The notes under the pieces were generated by a model, which was given only the letters and a program-made list of their open reading frames with translations, ran no database searches and was not told where the DNA came from. The position numbers and the translations under genes are program-made. A DNA stretch of 64,000 bases from Camelus dromedarius (Eukaryota). Positions 25,570-38,099 of the stretch are shown piece by piece (positions within the stretch are counted from its first letter, which is position 1; each line of letters opens with the position of its first letter). Where the stretch lies: positions 95,544,001-95,608,000 of the forward strand of contig NC_087472.1 in the NCBI RefSeq assembly GCF_036321535.1. The letters are read 5' to 3'.

Positions 25570-26140
25570 GAGGACGAGGCTTACCAGATATTAAAACAGA
25601 TTGTAAAGCCTCTGTAATTTTGATACTAGTGCTTAAACAGACAGACCAGTTTGTAGAATGGAAAGTACAGAAATAGATCTGAGTATATATGAAAACATAA
25701 ATTATGATGAAGATGGTATCTCATTTCACTGGGTCAAAGACAAACTTATTAATAAATGATGCTGGAATAACTGGGTAGTCATTTGGAAAAAGATAAAAGA
25801 TCCATACCTCATACCTTACACAAAAATAAACCCCAAATTAATCAGATATTTGAAAGTTAAAAATAAAATATTAGACAAAAACCAAATATTAGGAAAAATA
25901 TGCATGAATTCCTCTAAAACCTGAGGGTCAAGAAAGGTTTTCAAACTATTACTCAAAATCTAGATGCAATAAAAGAAGTAAAGTTGATAAATATTATGTA
26001 AAATTCTTCTAAAATTTTCCTGGCATAAAACATAAGCCAAGTAAAACAAGCGATAAACTGGGAGAACAGACTTGTAATGCAAATCATAGAATGGAACTGG
26101 TATCACTAATATATAAAGAGCTCTTAAAAGTCAAGGGAGA
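25570..26140 (+). mobile_element. Ancient L1 (L1MD/ME) ORF2 fragment, resuming at ~29420-29670
   Basis: aataaatgatgctggaataactgggtagtcatttggaaaaagataaaagatccatacctcataccttacacaaaaataaac. Confidence 0.7.
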
Positions 26141-27543
26141 ATGTTCAGGAGTAACATTAGCAAGATGGTGGACTAGGAAGCCCTGGGCCATCCCTCTACC
26201 AACAAACAGACTGATTCAACAATAGTACCTGAATAAAAACCCTTTGTGAAAAATACAGAAACTAGTTAAAAGGCTCCTGCACTCCAGACAAGTGCAAAAC
26301 CAGCCATACTGAAACCAGCAGGAAAATAGGAGAGACTCTTTCACCATGATCCCTACCCTTGGCCAGGTCCATATGATTGAAGGAAACTTCCAGCTCCTAG
26401 TTTCGCTCTCTGCTGAAAGAAAGAGTTGGACCACACATCCAACAAGTCAGCTTTTCCATGGCTCCCTAAGAGACTGGTTTCTGTCTGACCAGTCTCAGAG
26501 CACTGACAGTACCCGGCATATGCTAGATGCCTGGAGTCCAGTGAGACCAAAGACTGTGGTTTGAACTAGTACACTACCAGTCACCATAGCCCCTCCTCTG
26601 AGCTCAGCACAGAGGACACGGACAAACAAAAACAAAACAAAACAACACACCTCAGCTTGTCCCTAAAAAGGAAAAAGCTGGACGGCACATTCAAAGTTAT
26701 AACTTTTCAGGGGCTACCCAATAGACTGGCTTCTGTCTCCCTGTCTTAGAACGCTGATGGGACCCAACATATTCTAAACACATGGGGGTCACTAAGAACA
26801 AAGATGGCAGTATGGACCAGCATAAAGGTTTGAGAGGCCCCCAGAATCTCTGGTTGGAATGACTGGTGATGGTCTCCTCCTGTACAAGGCAATTCCATGA
26901 AGACTGGGAGAGGTGGTGGTTTCTTTAAAGCACAAATACCAGAGTGAAAAGGCAACCTAAGGAACTGGAGAAAATATTTACAAACTACATATCTGATAAG
27001 AGGGGGATATCCAAATACATAAGGAGCTCCTACAAGTCAATAGCAAAAAATCAAATAATCTAATTTTTTAAATGGGCAAAATACTTGAATAGATATTTCT
27101 CCAAAGAAGACATACAAATGTCCAAGATGTGTGTGAAAAGATGCTTACCATCACTAATCATTGGGAAAATGCAACCACAATGGTATGTCACCTCACACCA
27201 GTTAAAATGGCAATTATCAAAAAAGACAAAAGATAACAAGTGTTGGCAAGGATTTGGGGAAGAAAGAACCCTTGTGCACTGTTGGTCAGAATCTAAATTG
27301 ATACAGCCACTATGTAAAACAGTATGGGGGCTCTTCAAAAAATTAAAATTATAACTACCATATTATCTAGCAATCCCACTTCTGGGTATATATCCAAAGG
27401 AAATTAAATCAATATATTGAAGAGATGTCTGTACTCTTATGTTCATTGCAGCATTATTCATTGTAGCCAAGATATGGAAACAACTTGAGTGTCAACAGAT
27501 GAATAGATAAAGCAAATGTGATATATATATCAATAATATAATG

Positions 27544-28365
27544 AATGAGGTATCACCTCACACCAGTCAGAATGGCCGTCATTCAAAAATCCACAAATGA
27601 CAAATGCTGGAGAGGCTGTGGAGAAAGGGGAACCCTCCTACACTGCTGGTGGGAATGCAGTTTGGTGCAGCCACTACGGAAAACAGTGTGGAGATTCCTC
27701 AAAAGACTAGGAATAGACTTACCATATGACCCAGGAATCCCACTCCTGGGCTTGTATCCAGAAGGAAATCTACTTCAGGATGACACCTGCACCCCAATGT
27801 TCATAGCAGCACTATTTACAATAGCCAAAACATGGAAACAGCCTAAATGTCCATCAACAGGTGACTGGATAAAGAAGAGGTGGTATATTTATACAATGGA
27901 ATACTACTCAGCCATAAAAACCAACAACATAATGCCATTTGCAGCAACATGGATGCTCCTGGAGAATGTCATTCTAAGTGAAGTAAGCCAGAAAGAGAAA
28001 GAAAAATACCATATGAGATCACTCATATGTGGAATCTAAAAAACAAAAACAAAAACAAACAAACAAACAAACAAAAACAAAGCGTAAATAAAGGACAGAA
28101 ATAGATTCACAGACAGAGAATACAGACTTGTGGTTACCAGTGGGGTGGAGGGTGGGAAGGGATAGACTGGGATTTCAAAATTGTAGAATAGACTACACTG
28201 TATAGCACAGGGAAATATACACAAAATGTTATGATAACTCACAGAGAAAAAAATGTGACAATGAGTGTGTATATGTCCATGAATAACTGAAAAATTGTGC
28301 TGAACACTGGAATTTGACCCAACATTGTAAAATGATTATAAATCAATAAAAAATGTTAAAAAAAT
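27544..28365 (+). mobile_element. Young camelid-type L1, 5'-truncated
   Basis: Uninterrupted 164-aa ORF2 C-terminus (27545-28039); TSD aataatataatg at 27532-27543 and 28366-28377; near-identical to the copy at 11795-13160. Confidence 0.95.
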
Positions 28366-28412
28366 AATAATATAATGGAAGATTATTCAGCCTTTAAAAA
28401 GAAGGAAATTCT

Positions 28413-29028
28413 GTCGAAAAGATACATGGACCCCAATGTTCACAGCAGCACTATATACAATAGCCAAGACATGGAAACAACCTAAATGTCCATCGACAGA
28501 TGACTGGATAAAAAAAGCTGTAGTATATCCATACAATGGAATACTATTCAGCCATTAAAAAGAATAAAATAATGCCATTTGCAGCATCATGGATGGACCT
28601 GGAGATCATCATTCTAAGTGAAATAAGCAAAAAAGAGAAAGAAAAATACCATAGATATCACTTACATGTGGAATCTTAAAAAAAAAAAGACACAAATGAA
28701 CTTATTTACAAAACACAAACAGATTCACAGCAAAAAGAAACTTATGGTTACCAGCGGGGAATGAGGGTGGAAAGGGATATATTGGGAGTTCAGGATTTGC
28801 AGATACTAACTACTATATATACAATAGAAAAACAACAAGTTTCTACTGTATAGCACAGGGAACTATATTCAATATCTTGTAGTAACCTATAATGAAAAAG
28901 AATATGAAAAGGAATACACATATGCATATGTATGACTGAAACATTATGCTGTACACTAGAAATTGATGCAACATTGTAAACTGACTATACTTCAACTTAA
29001 GAAAAAAAAAGAAAGAAAACAGAGAGAA
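28413..29028 (+). mobile_element. Intermediate-age camelid L1 3' end
   Basis: cgaaaagatacatggaccccaatgttc...3'UTR...A-rich tail; TSD aaaaa(g)gaaggaaattc at 28396-28411 and 29029-29045. Confidence 0.9.
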
Positions 29029-29679
29029 AAAAAGGAAGGAAATTCCACCATCTGCAGCAACATGGATGACCCTAGGGGACATCATGATAAGTGAAACAGC
29101 CAGACACAGAAAGACACATACTATATGATCTCACTTACATGTGAAATCTAAAAAAGTCAAACTCATAAAAATAGAGAGTAGAATGGTGTTTTCCAGGGGC
29201 TGTGGAGAAGGGGAAATATTTGGAGAGTTTCTGTTCGATGGGTATAAAGTTTCAGTTCTACAAGATGAATAAGCTCTAGAGATCTGCTATGCAACACGGT
29301 GCCCATATTAACAATACCAGATTGTATACTTCAGAAGTGAGGACAATGTGCAGTAGAACTCCAACCCTTGAGAGACAAATAGTGTGAATGAGAAATAAGC
29401 CCTTATTATTTAAAGTTTTTTAAAAAGAGGTAAAAAGAGACCAAAAACTCAATGGGGAAAAAAAATGAGCAAAAGGTAAGAGACAGTTCACTGAAAAATA
29501 TATAAAAATAGACCTTGAATCTATCTCAAGATATTTAACTTTACTCAAACCAAGAAAAAAGTAAATTAAATATACACTATCATCTAGCAAATTAACCAAA
29601 CCAAATTAACAAAAACCACTCCATAACACATTCTGCTGAAGTTGTGGAGAAAGAGAACCTCTCATTTTCTCAAAGCTGG

Positions 29680-29915
29680 GACTCTTTTAATCATTTAGGT
29701 GTCACCACTGATGTCAACTCTTCAGAGTTACTTTCCTTGATCCTCAATCCAAAGACTCTGAAAATGTCTTAATTTGTTTACTTATTTATTATTTCTTTCC
29801 CTTACTCCAGAAAATAAGCTCACTGAAGGCAGGGACCTTATCAGTCTTGTTAAACGCTGCATCCCCATAATAAACACTCAACAATTATACAATAAATGGA
29901 TAAATGAATGAATGG
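29680..29915 (+). mobile_element. L2 3' end
   Basis: ataagctcactgaaggcagggaccttatcagtcttgtt...cactcaacaatta...aaatgaatgaatg. Confidence 0.6.
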
Positions 29916-32783
29916 CAGATACATAAAGGTTAAAAAACTCTTTAGAGAATAAAAAACCTATCTAAGGTATGACAACTTTAGAACAGAAGAGAGTAATTAT
30001 AAATTCTAAAAATATGGATTCTCTTAGAATTCTAAGGACAGTTGGCAGTTGGATATATCAGCATTTCTTAAGATATGTAAATACAGTAGGAGTGAAATTC
30101 TACTTTCTATAGGTTACCTTTAACATTCCTGTTTTAAATTACAATTACTTTTTCTCACAAAGTGGTCATGATGTAACGTAATTATAAGCCTCAAGAAGCA
30201 CATATCACTGCGTCTTTAGAAAACATATAGCAAGGTTATGTCTGGATGGTGAAATCAAGAGATTTTTGTTTTGTGTTTTCTTTGGGACTTTTGACATTGA
30301 GCATGAATTATTTTTGTAATTAGAGATAGGCAATAAATGTTGTGTTTTAAAGGGAAAATAAGAAGTATATAGATCATGAAGGAGCAAGAAGGATGATTTT
30401 TTTTTATGTGAATACATTTCATCTGAAACAATCTACCAGCCCAAGCAGCATAATTGGGAAGAAAAGACCAGGTGTTTGCCTTTCAGCTGCTCAATTCAAT
30501 ACAGGGAGTTGGTTTTTGTTGTTGCTGTTTTTAATGTTTTCTCCCAAGTTCTGAGACCAGTGTTCCCAAACCTTAAAAAATATATTTACGTAGGTGAATC
30601 ATGCCAACCTAAATCTGGCTGGACAAGTGCATTAAAGTGCATTAAAAATAAACTTCACTTTTGAATATACACACAAGAATGATGTTTTTCAAACTGGCAG
30701 AATCAGATTTACAACTTGGGTGCTTGTTGCAAACACAAATTCCTGGGTCCCATCACAGAATTCCAGTCAAAATCCCCACGATCAATCTAGTTTGGGAAAC
30801 ATGAAGTTCGAACTTGGGTTAAGCTTGCTCCCAGTCCCCATCCATCTCAGAAACCCTGAGAGGATTAATTTTTTCAAGAGAGATTTCATTTTCCTCCAGA
30901 TGCAGTGCTCTGTCATCACACCAGAGCCCCACACTTACTGTCAAATGGCATTAGCTCAGCCAATGCCAAAATGAAAATAGATATGAAATAAAGGCTCTGA
31001 ACTCATCATACTAGATAACTCATCACGTAAGTCAGGAAAAGTCACTTTCACGTATTTCATTTTTATCTGAATCCTTAAAATAGTCATTTGAGTATCTGAT
31101 TCTATTTTCTGTGAGCACTTATAGCATTTTGGAGTCTCTAACAAATCAGTATTATTTTCTCAGTAGCTCTGAAAGTGAGTAAAAAATTGTGATCAGTTAT
31201 CCACCGAGCATTTTGCCACAGGTATGCCATCTTCTCAAACATCTACTGACAAAAACAGTGCATCCAAAGGCTTATCAGTTCATCTATTGCCAGAGCTGCT
31301 CAGGGAAATTAAAAGGTTGGGCTTCGCCCATTTCTCCTCACTACCATTATACATTCTTTCAAACATGTGTGTTTGCATGTGCCCTGAAAGAAGACTAATG
31401 AATTCTATTTCCTCCACTGACGGCAATTGGAGCTGAGCACAGGTGGCAGTGATGCAATTGGCGTTTGATTCATCATGCCCACAGTTCTGCACCTGTGTCA
31501 TTGCCAGCAGGGGCAAGGCAGTGTAACATAATACTTTGCTCATCCACATCCCCAGGGACGAGAGTGCCTACACCAAGGAAAACAAACCCATAATACAAAT
31601 TACTTATATTCACAATCAATATGTACCGTTTCTACAAACCATTTCCTAAAATGTTGCATCTTATAATGTTTAAATAGTATTATATAAGTATCTGTTGCTT
31701 GTCTGCTCATTAGAAGGATAAAATCCTTCAGGGCCGTTGAGCATCTCTTTTTGTGGCCATCAACAAGGCAACCAGTTGCTTATGAGCAAGAGCAGATGGA
31801 ATACCGTAGCTGCTCTGGGTGCTTCTCAGGATTTAACCAGAGGCCTTGACCCCATCTGGACTCGCTAATACGGTCCATTTTCTTTTAGAGAGTAATCAAG
31901 AAGGCTCTTCCTCCTTATTATTTTAAGTCCACGACATCTCAAGTAGTGCAAGTAATCTCCTCTTCCAGCCACATCTCCAGAATAGAATCCTGAGGGAAGA
32001 GTTCTCAAGAATGCTGGGTCCCATTTGCTCCCCATGCCAGTTAGTCTTGCTCATATCACACCCATGTAGCCAGCCAAAACACCTGAGCCCCTCACAGAGT
32101 CAGAAACCTCTGTGCCTGCCGCTGGCCAGGTGTCCTTCCCCCCACTCTATCCACCCCCTCACCCCAACAAAGCCAATCACAGCCGTTCACTTGGGAGACT
32201 ACTTGAGGGTCTAAGTTAGCCATAAATGTAAAAGAATCCATCATTCTACTCAGGAGACAGAAACCAAGTCAGGAATTTGAACAGGGAAAATTCATTATAA
32301 AGAACTGTTAACTAGTAAAATTTGGTGAACTACTAATGGGGTAAAAGAGAACACTAAAGAAAACAGGGATAGCAAATGCCGGGAGCAGCTACTGCCCCTA
32401 AGACTGAGGGAGATTATCCAAGAAAGGAACAAACTTGAAAGAGCCCCCATTCTCATCTAAGACTGAGATTTTGATCCCATTGGAGAGGGTCTGACTGTGG
32501 CCCACTGGATGGTAGGGAAGATCACTGGGATGCCATAGGCAGAGCTGGTTCACAGCCAGTAAGTAGTCCACTACGATGAGCAAGAAGCCATCTGCCTTGC
32601 TACTGGGGAAACTCCATGGATGGTGAGCACCACTGGGTTCCTCATACACCACTAGCAGCCATATCATGAGAGCAAAAGATAAAGCACCTTGCAAACAGCA
32701 AGAGAAGCACTTCCTCTTCTATGCCTTGTACTATTCCTCCAGTACCCTCTACTGGCAAGGTTTATCATTGACAAAACAGTTAG

Positions 32784-33335
32784 TGTTGAGGAGGAAAAAA
32801 TTTCCCTCTACCCTTCCAGGTTCTTCTGGCTGGTCTAAGAATTAAATTGACATGAGACAGATTAACAGGAGAAAATGAAACAAAAGTTTATTAACATGGA
32901 TGCATGGGAGAGACCCAGGAGAACTGAGTAACTCGCCAAAATTGCTGAAGCCCTCACCTTAAATACCACCTTCAGCTAAAGACAAAAGAGGATGTTGGGG
33001 GTAGTGGTTTGGGACCTCCAAGGGAGGAGGGCAATTGATACGGAGATGGAAAAGCAAATGTTTGGTAAACACATGTTTGCTGGGCCATACAGAGACAATG
33101 GGACACAGAGGAATTTTTACAGACTTTGCTAGGTTCCTCCCTGTCTACCACAGCTAGTTAATATTAGACTATAGTTACCTATGGTGATAGTTCCCTTCCT
33201 GGAACAGGTCTTCATCTACATCCTTCAGGCAGTTAGGGGAAGGTGAAAGTTTCTTCCTGAGTCTTGATTGTTTAAGCTAAAAACAATCCACATGCCAAAA
33301 AGACATTTGAGGGTGGCAAATTCTGTTCCCCTGCA
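32784..33335 (-). mobile_element. ERV1 solo LTR, MER34-like (laurasiatherian type)
   Basis: Minus strand begins tgcaggggaacagaatttgccaccctcaaatgtctttttggcatgtggatt and ends aattcttagaccagccagaagaacctggaagggtagagggaaattttttcctcctcaaca; AATAAA present. Confidence 0.8.
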
Positions 33336-33366
33336 ACAGGATCAAGCTCCAGTATCAAAAAGCAGC

Positions 33367-34400
33367 CATCCTCTCACCACTATTCAACATCATTATAGGA
33401 AGTCCTAGCTAATGCAATAAGGAAAGAAAAGGAAAGAAAAGGTATATATATTGGTAAGGAAGACAGCAAACTGTCTTTGAACTCAGATACTAGGATTGTC
33501 TATGTAGAAAACTCCAAAGAACTGGGGAAAAAAAAACTTCCTGGAACTAATAAGCAATTACAACAAAATAGAGGATACAAGGTTAATATTGAAAAGTCCA
33601 TTGCTTTCCTATACATCAGCAATAAATAATTAAAAATTGAAATGTAAAACACAACATCATTTACATTAATACCAAACATAATATTTTTATATGATCTGGT
33701 GAATGTATTCACTGATATTTACCCAAATGAGTTGAAAAGTTGTGTCCACACAAAAAGCCTCACAGAGATGTTTATAGAAGCTTTATTCATAATTGCCAAA
33801 GTTTGGAAGCAACCAAGGTGTCCTTCAGTAAGTAAATGGATAAACTGTGGTACATCTATACAATGGAATGTTACTTAGCAATAAAAAGAAATGAGGTATC
33901 AAGCCACAGAAAGACATGGAGGAACTTGAATGCACGCCACTAAGTGAAACAAGCCAGTCTGAAAAGGCTAGGTACTATAGAATTTCAACTATATGACTTT
34001 CTGGAAAAGGCAAAACTATAGAGACAATAAAAAGATCAGTGAATTCTCAGGGTCCAAGCAGGAAGAGGGTAGGGGATGAATGAGTGGCACACAGGGGATT
34101 TTGAGGGCAGTGAAATATTTTGTATGATATTTTAATGGTGATTATGGGACATTACACATTTGTCAAAACCCACAGAAATGTGCAATAGAAAAAGTGAACC
34201 CTAATGTAAACTATGGACCATGGTTACTAGTGTCTTGGTTCATCAACTGTAACAAATCACACTAATGTGAGATCACAGTAACAGGGGAAACTGGGCGGAG
34301 GGGGACAGTGGATATATGGGAACTCTGTACTTTCTGTTCAGTTATTCTGTAAACCTAAAACTGCTCTACAAGATAAAGTATATTATTTATTTCTTAAAAA
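33367..34400 (+). mobile_element. L1MC-type fragment with internal deletion
   Basis: RT-region piece 33367-33690 joined to ORF2 end/3'UTR 33710-34400. Confidence 0.8.
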
Positions 34401-34509
34401 CAGGGCAAGGAAGGATGGATTTGGAGCTGAGAGGCAATAAACTGATAACCGGCAGAGGCCAACAGGGTGGTGTAATTGCTCATAAAGCTAATAGAATTTG
34501 AAACCAAGG

Positions 34510-34975
34510 AAAGGAACAGCCACAGTGCAGTCTGGTATGATCAGACAATGACTGAAGGAGCATTAGGGCCAGTTTATCAGGACATGGCCTACTGGAAAGA
34601 ATCCAGAATAGCTGCAAGTCTGAAAACTCTGGCCTGTTATGGAATTTGAGGGAACTGAGATGTTTAACTTGGAAAAAAGTAAATTTGAAGAATATAACAG
34701 CTATCTTCAAATACTGGATAAGTTGTCACCTAGAGAAAAGAATAAATTTATTCTATATTTCTTTAGAGGACAAAGGCAAGATTCCATGGAAGTTACAGTG
34801 AATCAAACCTCACATTTAGAATTGCTCAAACATTGAGCAGGCTGCCTTGGAAAGAATGAAGTTCAATCAAGTCTGGAAGATCACTTATCACAACAGCTAC
34901 AGAGAGGACTCTTGAATGAAGTTGAACTAAATCTGGATGATTTCAAAGGTCCCTTCCAACTCCAAAGTCTATGAA
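34510..34975 (+). mobile_element. L3/CR1 LINE 3' end
   Basis: tgagggaactgagatgtttaacttggaaaaaag...cagctatcttcaaata...aaggtcccttccaactccaaagtctatga. Confidence 0.7.
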
Positions 34976-36061
34976 AAGTAAGAAAGGTCGTATGACGTTT
35001 TAAAAGATAAGTAGAAGTTAAGCCTACAGTGAAAGAGGCAGAGGAGATAAATGTGTTAATTTCAGAATAAACGAGTGGCCAAGATTGTTCAATGTAATTG
35101 GAGAGTCCAAGATAACATAAGGACTGAAAAACGTCTCATGGATCTGGTGGTTAGAAAGCAGATCTTAACGTTCAGTAGTATGGTGGGGGCAAGTCAGATT
35201 GTTCAAAACTGAAGGCGGCGCACCATGCTTTAAAGTTCAGTGAACATCTCTGACAGGGAAGCCTGAACACTTCAAAAGGAGTAGCCGTGCCAGGATATTG
35301 TTATGGATTACTCCTTTTTCTGCTCCTTGGTTTATTTACAGACAATAATTCAGACTGCTCTCACATTTTTCTGCCTATTCAGAATTTAATGTGTTCTACT
35401 TGGCTATTCTCTTAACAATTCACCCCTAAATGCCACCTGACAAACTCCCCCCACACCAACTTGGCTTCATTTTACCAAAGCCCTTGATATAAGCAATGGC
35501 AGCTCTGCCCAAGCCAGCCTCTATCATGAGTTTCTGAGTGTGCCTCTACATCAGAGCAGGTGAGTGTAGACTATGCTGTGAATAAGTGTAACTAAGAAAG
35601 GAAGGAGAAAGACGGGAAAGACTTGAAGAAGGTATTATATGGCACGTTTACAGGCTGAAAGGAATGATCTGGTGGAGAAGGAATGGGGAAGGGCGTCCTT
35701 GTCTCCAGCAACCCTTCTGGTACCAATGGAAAGTGCTTTTCTTTAAATTTAATTTAATGTCACTCTAAAAACTTTTAAACCTCCGAGTAAAAGGCCAAAC
35801 CACAATTTTAAAACTGAAACCTTTACATGACTTAATTACATATAACTATACCATATACAAGTCAGCACTCCATCAGTGACCAGACTTAAGCAAACATCAA
35901 TAGATCAAACCAAGGAACTTAATGAAGAGTCTTCATTTCCTCTAGTTCCCAAGTGCCCTCCAACTAACGGAGCCATATTGCCAAAGGGTCCAGTTATCAA
36001 TAGCAGGTAGGTTCTAAAAAAGTAAGGGATCACGAAGTGACTTCCTCAATCACTCTTAAGC

Positions 36062-36395
36062 ATACATCTCAATCTTTACCATACATCAGAACTCCCTGGA
36101 CGGCTTGTTAAACACAGATTGCTGAGTCCAGCCTCAGGGCTTCTGACTCAGCAGGTCTGTGGTGTTAGAATTTGCATCCCTAACAAGTTCCCAGGTGATG
36201 CTGACACTACTGGTCAAGGGACCACACTTAGAGAACCACTACTGGCCTTTATCGGTAATTTCCAACATTGCTGAACATGAGATTTTTAAAATCCCAATTT
36301 CCAAGTGACATCCCAGGCCAACCAAAGCATTACTGTTTGTAAATCTCCCCAAATGGGCCAATCTCAATGTGCAGACCAAATTGAGGACCACTGCT
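36062..36395. mobile_element. MER5A followed by a MER5-family MITE
   Basis: ttctgactcagcaggtctg...tgcatccctaacaagttcccaggtgatgctga...ggaccacacttagagaaccact; second unit ends ttgaggaccactg. Confidence 0.75.
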
Positions 36396-36839
36396 CTGCA
36401 TTCTTCTTCCTTATAAGTAAAACACAGCTGGTATTTGCAGAACTTGTTTACATGTTTGGATAATTGCCTTTGTGAAGCTAATGGTCCTGAGAAGTCTTCA
36501 TCTGACCCTCCAGTGGTAGAGCTGAGCTAGAGCCTAGAAATCTGCATTTTAGCATTCACACCATCACAATCCCAGAGGCACATAACCCAAGAATCACATT
36601 TAGAGGATAAAGTTCAACCTCCTTGTCAACAGAGCACACGGCTGGCTGTAACTGGGTTCCTACATCTGTCACAATCTCCCTTAATCCTTCCCTTTTCCAA
36701 ACAGGATGCACATCTTTCCATCCATATGCCATCCTCTCAGCCTTCAATGCCCTTTCACCTCTCATCACACATTCTGTCAGTTTATATCCACCCACAATGA
36801 ACATACAACGAATAAAGTAAGAAGGACACCAAAGGTAGG

Positions 36840-38085
36840 AAATATTTTTTAAAGAGTTACATTTTAAAATGTCTGTATATTAAAAACGTCTTTAAACATA
36901 ATACCAGGGGAAAACAGCTTACATGTCAGAAAAATTGTTATTATCCTTAATTTAAAAAGGAAAACAATCTTATGAGGCAACAAGAAAATAATAAAAGCCA
37001 GAACAGAGAATGGGCAAAAGCTAAAAATGGACAATGCACAAAAGAAACACAAATGGCCAATAAGCATGTGGAGAAAAAATGTTCAACATCTTTAGGAAAC
37101 AAAGGGATGCAACTTAAAACTACTGGTCAGGTTGGCAGAGACAAAAATGTAAAGCACCCATAGATAGCAAGGGGGTGGGAAACAGACATTCAGACATTCC
37201 TGATCTGGAGAGGAAGTTGGGATTAAATATTAGGATACAAATTTGGCTATATGAACACTTTTACAAAGTGATTTCCTCTAGGAAATGTTCTTAAAGAAAT
37301 AATCACATTCTTATGCATGGGCGAGCCAACTAGGATATTTTTCAAAGAATCATTTATAATAACCCAAAATTAAATAGCTTAAGTGGTCAGCAAGAGGGGA
37401 TAGAATGCTGTAAGTCCAGGAAAGAACAATGGAAGCCCCTAGTGGCACAGGACAGAGGGCGGCAGACTTTTTCTGTATAGTTCTAGAGTCCATATTACAG
37501 GCTTTTCAGGACTCTAAGGTCGCTGTCACAACCACTTAACTCTGCCATGGTAACATGAAAGCTACCACCGACATTACATAAATGAAAGGGCATGGCTGTA
37601 TCACAATCAAAGCTTCCGTAGGACACCAGAATTTGAATTCCATATAATTTCCATGTGTCAGAAAACATTCTTCTTCTTTTGATTTTTTCCCCAACCATTT
37701 CAACATTTAAAACCCATTCCTACCTGGCAGGCTGCACAGAAACAGGTGGCAGGTTGGATTTGGCCTGAAGCTGTAGTTTATCAACCCCTGGCATCAGAAA
37801 ATGCTCAGAAAATATTGTTAAGGGATTAAAGTAGATTACATAAAAGGATATAAACACAGAGAAAAGACTAGAATCAGAAAATCTGTGATTGGACCCCAAG
37901 CTTTTTCAAAGCTCCATAGACACGGCCAAGTGTGAGAGTCACTGCAAGAAAATGTTACGTAGTGGTTATTTCGGAGGGATGAGATTATGGGCAATTTATT
38001 TCTTTTTGGGCTTTTTGTATTTTCCAGACTTCCCACAATACATAGGCATTACTAATCAGGAAAATGTTAAAATAAGTAAAACAAA
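36840..38085 (+). mobile_element. Ancient L1ME fragments interrupted by MER58
   Basis: aatgggcaaaag...cacaaaagaaacacaaatggccaataagcatgtgg; degraded 3'UTR after 37800. Confidence 0.6.
37453..37790. mobile_element. MER58B-like hAT-Charlie element
   Basis: cagagggcggcagacttttc ... ggatttggcctgaagctgtagtttatcaacccctg termini. Confidence 0.8.
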
Positions 38086-38099
38086 TTTCTAGCTTAGAT

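Larger units (their letters stand above)
26148..29335 (+). mobile_element. L1MA9/10-like element: 5'UTR (26148-26940) fused directly to ORF2 3' end and 3'UTR, hosting two younger L1s
   Basis: caagatggtgg YY1-type start; abrupt switch to agagtgaaaaggcaacc at 26941; ORF remnant 27085-27354; L1MA-type 3'UTR 29045-29335. Confidence 0.75.
32240..34455 (-). mobile_element. ERVL LTR41-like solo LTR in three pieces (~32240-32783, 33336-33366, 34400-34455)
   Basis: Minus strand starts tgccggttatcagtttattgcctctcagctccaaatccatcc and ends ttttccctgttcaaattcctgacttggtttctgtctcctgag, as in recalled LTR41 consensus. Confidence 0.75.
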
